Assembly: GCA_905236875.1 (NCBI GenBank)
Contig: CAJOQT010000020.1
Coordinates: 8,981 to 72,980 of the forward strand
Length of the DNA: 64,000 nucleotides
DNA from: an uncultured Prevotella sp.
Lineage (GTDB): Bacteria > Bacteroidota > Bacteroidia > Bacteroidales > Bacteroidaceae
Direction of reading: 5' to 3'
Below, piece after piece: positions 57,813 through 64,000 of the stretch (position 1 is the stretch's first letter; each line of letters starts with the position of its first letter). The notes beneath the pieces are model-generated. The model saw nothing but the letters and a program-made list of their open reading frames with translations, was not told the origin of the DNA and searched no databases. The position numbers were made by a program, and so were the translations under genes.

Positions 57813-58097
57813 ATGTACTTCACAGGAATCATTATAGCAATTAGTACCTTCTTGATAATAGGTATATGGCATCCTATCGTCATCAAGACAGAGTATTACT
57901 GGGGAACACGCCCCTGGATCGTGTATCTGATTATCGGACTGGCATCCATAGTCGCTGCGCTGTTCATCGAGAATACCGTCATCTCAGCCATTGTCGGCGT
58001 ATTCGGTGCGTCAGCCCTCTGGGGAATCGGTGAACTCTTCGAACAGAAAAAACGCGTTGAAAAAGGCTGGTTCCCCAAGAATCCCAAGCGCAAATGA
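57813..58097 (+). CDS. DUF4491 family small membrane protein
   Basis: IGIWHPIVIKTEYYWG, ELFEQKKRVEKGWFPKNPKRK; TACCTTTG box at 57713-57720. Confidence 0.88.
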   Translation: MYFTGIIIAISTFLIIGIWHPIVIKTEYYWGTRPWIVYLIIGLASIVAALFIENTVISAIVGVFGASALWGIGELFEQKKRVEKGWFPKNPKRK

Positions 58098-58135
58098 CAC
58101 GCCCAAAAAGCAGGTGAGTGCCTTCCTGTGTCCTG

Positions 58136-59614
58136 TCATTCTGATTTGAATTGTTCTGCAGGGAGTTTCAGCGCATTCGCTACATCCACAGCATCAAAGG
58201 GGATCTTACCCTTTGACATCTCTGGAGCGTTGAATGACTTCAGGAAATTATCGTAGAAGGAAGGGGCTTGCTGCGGCAGACAGAATGGCTTATGAGCCTT
58301 GCCGTTGCGATCTACATAGCAGAAATAGGGCTTGCCGTACAGACCGTCGTCACGTTTGGAAGCGAACACAAACCAGCGGGAGTTGCTTGACCAGCTGTGG
58401 TAGGTGTCGCTCATGTCCGAGTTCACCACCTGCAGCGTGTCCATCATTCCGGTCTTCAGGTCCATCATCCACAGGTCGGCTTCTTTGTGCCATATCGGAA
58501 AGGTTCCAAAGTCCTGCACGGTGAAAAGCAGCCTCTTTCCGTCGGGTGAGACCCTTGGATGGCATACGCTTCGTTCCGAATATAGCGTATCTACCTGTGT
58601 GCCGATGGTGCCGGTAGCCTCGTCAAACGGTATTCTTGCCAGCACATATTTCAGTTTCTTGTAGTCCTGAGGCAGCTCCACTTTCGGCGATGTGCAATAG
58701 TAGATGTATTTCCCGTCGGGGGAAAACGCTGGGAATGTCTCCAGCCGGGCAGAATTGCTTAACAGTTGGGAGCTGATGATGATGTTCTTCTCGAGGTCTG
58801 CCACATAGATGTCCGACTCCGTATCATAGACTTCCAGCCTCTTCTGTGCCGATGCCTGTACAGCCGGTACGACCACGTTACACGAGAATACGATATATCG
58901 TCCAGATGGCGCAAACTGGAAATAGGTGGAAGTCGCCACCATGTCGGGGGTCTTGATGTTCAGTTTCCGCAGTTGTCCGTTCTGGTTGAGAATGGCACCG
59001 CCGCCTTCTCCTCTCACATACATCATCGACAACTGGGGATTCTGGTTGCTGGGTGTGTGGCAGTTCATGCACCGGTTGTCTTGCAGGTTGTAGTCTGCCA
59101 GTGCATATTCATCAAAATTCTCTATACAGCGCTGTTTGATCTGCAGGCGGTTCCAGACAGAGTAGCCCGGTTCTATCAGCCTGTAGGTCAGGTAACTGTC
59201 GATACTGTCACCGACCACATACCAATGGAAACGCTTATACGCCGTCCATTGGCCGTCTTTCAGAGCCGTCACCTGCACCTCTATTGTGTCGTTCTCCTCC
59301 AACAGCCTGCGCCATTCGCCCATACCGAACTCAACATTGCCGCCACAACTCCGTACCGTCAGGTCGCCCGCCTTCACTTCCACAGCGTCAGATCCCCTCA
59401 CCACAAAGTTCAGCGGGGCGATGTTCACGGGGATGGTCACATCCTTGTAGTCGGGATAGATCTCCGCCTCCTGATTGCTCTGTTTTACATCGTGCGGTGT
59501 GGGTGTACAGGCAGCCAGCAGCATCAGTAGGGCAAGGGCCATTGTCCCCTGCCTGTTCTTGCATCCCTTCGGTAGCAAGCGGCATAGCCGAGCGATCCAT
59601 TGTCTTTTGTCCAT
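58136..59614 (-). CDS. TolB-like/PD40 beta-propeller lipoprotein with CxxCH-like motif
   Basis: Lipobox LAAC, IYPDY..VTIP.NIAPLNF, YRLIEPGY, CMNCH, FSPDG repeats, SWSSNSRW; start may be downstream (MALALLML). Confidence 0.8.
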   Translation of the reverse strand: MDKRQWIARLCRLLPKGCKNRQGTMALALLMLLAACTPTPHDVKQSNQEAEIYPDYKDVTIPVNIAPLNFVVRGSDAVEVKAGDLTVRSCGGNVEFGMGEWRRLLEENDTIEVQVTALKDGQWTAYKRFHWYVVGDSIDSYLTYRLIEPGYSVWNRLQIKQRCIENFDEYALADYNLQDNRCMNCHTPSNQNPQLSMMYVRGEGGGAILNQNGQLRKLNIKTPDMVATSTYFQFAPSGRYIVFSCNVVVPAVQASAQKRLEVYDTESDIYVADLEKNIIISSQLLSNSARLETFPAFSPDGKYIYYCTSPKVELPQDYKKLKYVLARIPFDEATGTIGTQVDTLYSERSVCHPRVSPDGKRLLFTVQDFGTFPIWHKEADLWMMDLKTGMMDTLQVVNSDMSDTYHSWSSNSRWFVFASKRDDGLYGKPYFCYVDRNGKAHKPFCLPQQAPSFYDNFLKSFNAPEMSKGKIPFDAVDVANALKLPAEQFKSE

Positions 59615-59640
59615 TGTCCGTTGTCCGTTGTCAGCCGTGG

Positions 59641-61233
59641 CTATTCAAAGTAGTCGAAGTAGTACCAATAGGTGTTGGCAAAGCGTGGGTTGGCCCTGTC
59701 TGCCATGTATTCCTTCAGGTCGCTTCGTACCTGCTGGTCCTCGATATACTTCTGCCATTCTTCCTCAGGAGACTTTTGTGTAATCAGCCAGATGCACAGG
59801 GCCTCTTGGTAGAGTCTTGAGACATGAGGTTTATACTCGTCGAAGTTGTGTTTGAAGCTGTTCAGATCCTTCTTCAGCAGCAGGCTGCACAGCATATAGT
59901 CAAGTGCCACCTCGTTCTTTGGGTTCGATCTTAGCAGCTGCGTCATGATGTTGTATGAGTCCTCGCTTGGCGAGATGGTGTCCTGCAGGTTGATGAATTG
60001 TGCCTTTTGTCTGTAGCGGTCATCATTTGGGGCACTTTCAGCCCAGTCGCTATAGGGAATCGTCTGTCGCAGCAGTCCGAGGAACTTCTCTGCGGCTTTC
60101 CGGTCGTTCCTCACCAGTGCACACTCTGCCAGCCGTTTGACATTGTATGCATTCCGGTTGCCAGGAACAGACACGGATGACATGAATGCCCCTCTCTCTG
60201 CACGTGAAATGTCGCCGATGGCATAGTAGAACTCATGCAGATTCATGAACATCAGCATGGGGATATTGGTTCCTATCATGCTGGTGAAGGTTCCCAGGTA
60301 GTTGGGATAATACTCCATGAGCACATCGGGCAGTTTGCCCCTTTGTGCCTGAACGAGGTTGTAGATGTATCGGCGCACGGTAGATGACACCTGTGCCTCT
60401 TGGGTGAGCCTTAACTGCGAATTTCTCTTCTTGAGGACGTTCAGCACGGGGTCAGCCTCAGCCGTTGCCACCACGTCGTCCCAGTCGCCTGTTTCGTAGC
60501 TGTGTATGATGTGAAAGTCGGTCTCCTTGAGGAAATCCGGTGCATACATCCTTTCAATACCCGGATACTGGCACAGGTCGGTTAAGGTCAGACAGTAGTG
60601 GCTACGCATGAAGGGAAGTACCAGGACAAAAGCCACCGTCACAGGTACCGTTACCTTCCAGACGGCAACTGCCGATAACAGCAGGAATACCCATACGCCG
60701 TAGCCGAACAGCCAGTAACACAGCAGCGTGCCGGGCAGTACTGCCGCTAAGGCCCAAGTCCATCGGCGTTCCATCAGTTTGTGTAGTATCAGAAACATCA
60801 ATAGCCCTCCCATCAAGGCGTATGTGGATGACAGCGTATAGCCGTAGAACATCTGGCATGATGCCTCATGTACGGTAAGGAGCAGGGCCGCCGTCAGTGC
60901 TGCCCACTTGTTGAGCCTTTTAAGTTTCAGACAGTTGAGAGCCTGGTACGCCAGCCAGAACAAGACGGTGAGTGATGCCGTAAGGATCGTTGCCCCTGCC
61001 ACATTGTAATAATAGAATTGAGTCAGGAACTCCCCTGACAGGCAGGCAGCCCATGCCGGTTTGGCGAACAGCGTGCTTACGTACGACCACGACATCAGGA
61101 ACAGCTGGTTCTGTCCCTTGAAGTAAAAATGATAAGGATAAAAGAACTGGAAGAAACAGAAGCACACCACAGCAAACCCTATGATTACCAACATTGGCCA
61201 TAAGTCCTTGGTCTTCCATTTTCGCTTCTCCAT
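59641..61233 (-). CDS. DUF6057 family membrane protein
   Basis: YPYHF...QNQLF, EFLTQFY, multiple TM, NPKNE.A.DY, YQEAL, TYWYY C-terminus; typical partner of the PD40 gene. Confidence 0.78.
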   Translation of the reverse strand: MEKRKWKTKDLWPMLVIIGFAVVCFCFFQFFYPYHFYFKGQNQLFLMSWSYVSTLFAKPAWAACLSGEFLTQFYYYNVAGATILTASLTVLFWLAYQALNCLKLKRLNKWAALTAALLLTVHEASCQMFYGYTLSSTYALMGGLLMFLILHKLMERRWTWALAAVLPGTLLCYWLFGYGVWVFLLLSAVAVWKVTVPVTVAFVLVLPFMRSHYCLTLTDLCQYPGIERMYAPDFLKETDFHIIHSYETGDWDDVVATAEADPVLNVLKKRNSQLRLTQEAQVSSTVRRYIYNLVQAQRGKLPDVLMEYYPNYLGTFTSMIGTNIPMLMFMNLHEFYYAIGDISRAERGAFMSSVSVPGNRNAYNVKRLAECALVRNDRKAAEKFLGLLRQTIPYSDWAESAPNDDRYRQKAQFINLQDTISPSEDSYNIMTQLLRSNPKNEVALDYMLCSLLLKKDLNSFKHNFDEYKPHVSRLYQEALCIWLITQKSPEEEWQKYIEDQQVRSDLKEYMADRANPRFANTYWYYFDYFE

Positions 61234-61455
61234 CTGGGCGTGTCTTGTTCGTTATGGGATGTTCAAATTCGACGGCAAAAGTACGAATAAGTGGGCAAAC
61301 AACCAAATTTTATTAGAGTTTTTTCAAGCGTGAGTACATTCCTTTCGACAATAGTCAAAAGTGATGAAAAAATAATGGCAGCAGCATTTTTTCCTCTTTT
61401 CACGCTTCATTTTCCACTTAATGTTGTACCTTTGCACGTCTAAATAGCTAAAGAA

Positions 61456-62121
61456 ATGAAAGTCGTCGTATCACAGGAAATGGAACGGATATGCCCCGAG
61501 TTCGTTGGAGCATGCGTGGAAGCAGAGGTCATAAATACCCCATATAATGAAGCATTGTGGAAGGAGATTGAAACGCTGGGAGCACAGTGGCGTCAGGAAC
61601 TAACCACGGAATCGCTGAAGGAGATAACCAGTATTGCTGCCACCAGACGGGTATATAAGGCCTGTGGCAAGGACCCGTCGAGGTATCGTCCTGCCTCAGA
61701 GGCGCTGATTCGCAGGGTACTGCAAGGCAAAGAACTATACCAGCGAGACACGCTGGTAGATTTGGTGAATCTGGCATCAATGGCATTCGGTTACAGCATT
61801 GGCGGCTTTGATGCCGACAAATTCGTCGGCGACACGCTGACATTAGGCATCGGACGCGAGGGTGAGCCCTACGAAGGCATCGGCCGGGGAATGATCAATA
61901 TACAGGGCCTACCCGTATATCGTGATGCAGAGGGTGGGGTAGGTACGCCGACCAGCGACCACGAACGGACGAAGATGTCTCTTGAAACGAAGCATCTGCT
62001 TATACTGATCAACGGCTATGACGGCAATCGGCAGCGTGTCTGTGAGAATGCAGAGTACCTGCAAGACCTGCTTCGTAAGTATGCTCAAAGCGACGGGGGC
62101 ACCTATCACATCTACATGTAG
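61456..62121 (+). CDS. B3/B4 domain protein (PheRS beta-related, putative tRNA editing)
   Basis: YKACGKDPSRYRPASEALIRR, LVDLVNLAS, IGGFDAD, GTPTSD; TACCTTTG at 61427-61434. Confidence 0.88.
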   Translation: MKVVVSQEMERICPEFVGACVEAEVINTPYNEALWKEIETLGAQWRQELTTESLKEITSIAATRRVYKACGKDPSRYRPASEALIRRVLQGKELYQRDTLVDLVNLASMAFGYSIGGFDADKFVGDTLTLGIGREGEPYEGIGRGMINIQGLPVYRDAEGGVGTPTSDHERTKMSLETKHLLILINGYDGNRQRVCENAEYLQDLLRKYAQSDGGTYHIYM

Positions 62122-62162
62122 TACTCGTCGTTCATGACGATGATCTGTTCTCTCCAGTCAGC

Positions 62163-62386
62163 TCAGGGTTCTTCACTCTCGGAACTATCGCTATCATCTT
62201 TCAGATTCTTCAATTGCTTCACGGCCTTATCGAAGTCACTCTCCAGCATTCGCATCTCGCGTTCACGATAGATTTCAAACTCCCGTTCGGCCTTCTCAAT
62301 GGCCTCACGGCAATGGGCGACTGAACACGATAGCCAAGAGCAACTTCAAGTTTCATGTTGTCTTTTATCTTTCTCTTTGTCATCAT
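62163..62386 (-). pseudogene. RhuM-family (virulence protein RhuM-like) remnant with large internal deletion
   Basis: ALGYRVQSPIA (central RhuM motif) joined out of frame to EAIEKAEREFEIYREREMRMLESDFDKAVKQL (RhuM-type C-terminus). Confidence 0.65.
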
Positions 62387-62403
62387 AATCTTTTGTGTAT
62401 TGG

Positions 62404-62462
62404 AGTTACCCATTAACTTTTCCGAGTTGCCCACTAAGTATAATATAGTTACCCACTAACTC
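62404..62462. repeat. 21-22-bp-period repeat downstream of dinD
   Basis: agtt(a/g)ccca(t/c)taa at 62404, 62425, 62447. Confidence 0.7.
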
Positions 62463-62469
62463 AAAAGGG

Positions 62470-63297
62470 CTATTTTTTATTCTTTAGCATTTTTTTCTCT
62501 TCACTTGCAAGTCTGCGCTCAACCTTTTTGACATCTTCTGCTGGTGGCAGGTTCTCTGGAGTAATACCGCGTTCAGTTAGCATTTTGCGGACGGCGGCAT
62601 TGTTGTCAATGTGCTCTTTGGTGATAGCCGTTTCACCTTGAAGGTCTTTTGTCTGGACGTTGACACTGGTCATCTCGGCAGCAAAGTCCTTAGCCTTGAT
62701 GCTGATGGTGGGAAGGAAGTCTGCAAGTGGACGAGTTTGGGGAATTCCCATACGTCGTTTCATCATATTGGTGCTGAGGCGGAAGAGGGCTTGGTCACCC
62801 TTGGAGCGGATGACGGCAAAGGTCTGGTCGTTCACACCGCGCTCATACAAAATACCAGATAGTTTGCGCTCTGTCTCTTGCAATTTGGCACGAGCCTTAA
62901 CACGCTCCACCTCTAACAATCGCTGCTCTATTAGTTCTGCCCTGCGTGTTTGCACAGCGAAATAGGTTTGAGCAAAAGCAATCTGAGGTTTGCGAGGGTC
63001 ACCATTCTGTGCCACCAGATAACAGGCATAGCGGGTGAGCATGATGTCATCAACTTCTCGCTCTGCTCCAGAACCAATGGTAACCATTTTATTGACGTCA
63101 ATAAAATGGTCATCTATCAACTGCCCCACGTTCACACAGGCTTCTTTAGCTTTATTAATCACTTTGCAGAAGTTCTGCCATAAACTATAACCAAACAGCT
63201 TTTGCAGTTCTCTTGCACTCCAGCATTCAGTCTCATCAATCTTGCAAACAGTATCTTCATAGCTCTTAAATAGAGCAAGAATTTCTTCTTTCTTCAT
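62470..63297 (-). CDS. dinD: DNA-damage-inducible protein D (Bro-N-like N-terminus)
   Basis: [59 protein letters not shown]. Confidence 0.93.
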   Translation of the reverse strand: MKKEEILALFKSYEDTVCKIDETECWSARELQKLFGYSLWQNFCKVINKAKEACVNVGQLIDDHFIDVNKMVTIGSGAEREVDDIMLTRYACYLVAQNGDPRKPQIAFAQTYFAVQTRRAELIEQRLLEVERVKARAKLQETERKLSGILYERGVNDQTFAVIRSKGDQALFRLSTNMMKRRMGIPQTRPLADFLPTISIKAKDFAAEMTSVNVQTKDLQGETAITKEHIDNNAAVRKMLTERGITPENLPPAEDVKKVERRLASEEKKMLKNKK

Positions 63298-63538
63298 CCT
63301 TCTTGTTTGTTCTTACTAATTCTGTCAATTCCACATCAAGCAGTTCTGCATTTTTGAGATACGTTTCCATAGTAGGCTGGCTGTCATTGGTACACCACTT
63401 TGGCACAGTCGTAGGGGCACATCCCAACTGTTCAGCCAACCACTAATTGGTTCTCTGGTATCCCTCCACGAGACACTCGGTAGTCCCGCGGCACCTCCCT
63501 TCTCTGCAAGCCTTGATGCGGTTAATGTCCTTGTCCAT
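63266..63538 (-). pseudogene. XRE-family HTH regulator pseudogene
   Basis: MDKDINRIK...RTN*WLAEQLG..PTTV.KWCTN.SQPT...AELLDV; internal TAG and about 40 bp of inserted hairpin; absent from the ORF track. Confidence 0.8.
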
Positions 63539-63636
63539 AATGGATATCTATTGTTAATGCTACAAAGTTATTATGGGGTCTCGCACGCACGTTCCTTATT
63601 ATGTATAGAGCAAAATTTGTAGTTTTCGCTACAGAG

Positions 63637-63958
63637 ACCTCCTAACCTCCCTTTTCTTCTGAAACCCCAGTAAATAAAGGGGAAAGAGATAGGGAGGTGT
63701 CGTCGAGATACCTCCCTGCCAACCTCCCTGCCAACCTCCCTATTAATCTACCGCAATTTCGCTGCCAACGAACCGTAACTTCGTTGCCAACGAGCCGTAA
63801 CTTCGCTGCCAACGAGCCGTAACTTCATGACCATTGAGCCAAGGCTCAAGCAACCTCAAAAGGGAGGTCAGAAGGGAGGTTGGAGGGAGATTGGAAGGGA
63901 GGTTTCTGAAGGGCAAAAAGCCAGTGGCTATCGGCATTTCGGAGGATCTGAGGGAGGT
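63637..63958. repeat. Iteron-like inverted-repeat element B (ACCTCCCT / AGGGAGGT cores) with central 22-bp tandem repeats
   Basis: acctcc(ct) at 63637, 63645, 63710, 63722, 63734; agggaggt at 63691, 63861, 63873, (63884), 63896, 63951; aacttcgctgccaacgagccgt x3 at 63755-63826. Confidence 0.85.
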
Positions 63959-64000
63959 GTCGCAGAAAAATAAAAAATCTGTGGAATCCGCGAGATCTGT

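Noticed and set aside
63755..63826. 22-bp repeats as a CRISPR array (also 12254-12320 and 46951-47075)
   Set aside because: Units are directly tandem with no unique spacers, and there are no cas genes in the window

Overview
Chromosomal segment of a Bacteroidales bacterium, most likely a rumen-type Prevotella. This is inferred from the gene families, the recurrent TAnnTTTG promoters and the AT-rich start regions without Shine-Dalgarno sequences. Gene content is mostly housekeeping or metabolic: an RND efflux operon plus an lpxA paralogue, a GH94 phosphorylase/PfkB kinase/hydrolase operon, dnaA, mce and amidase, folB-nrdJ, hflX, nagB, M6/M16/M20 peptidases, an L-galactose-type catabolic triad, ispH, meaB, alpha-2-macroglobulin, tRNA-Arg(CCG), a GHMP kinase/nucleotidyltransferase pair, CPA2, LptD, GH127 and a LytS/LytTR pair. 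The right end is a decayed accessory patch (rhuM remnant, dinD, XRE-HTH pseudogene). The unusual signal is mostly below gene level. (1) An AT-rich DUF559 endonuclease gene is bracketed by inverted GACC..GGTC palindromic repeats. An empty copy of the same element sits at the tolC-lpxA junction and half-copies lie inside proteins, suggesting an endonuclease-driven REP/MITE-like system. (2) Two sequence-unrelated but architecturally matching iteron-like inverted-repeat elements and several 22-bp arrays are present. (3) 7/8/9/10-mer microsatellite families sit on gene junctions and supply start codons, stop codons, signal-peptide h-regions and in-frame loops. (4) A divergent-promoter cassette is duplicated. 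(5) A plant-galacturonokinase-like kinase is paired with a nucleotidyltransferase. No CRISPR array, rRNA, integrase or classical transposase was seen. All homology calls are by motif recognition, not database search.
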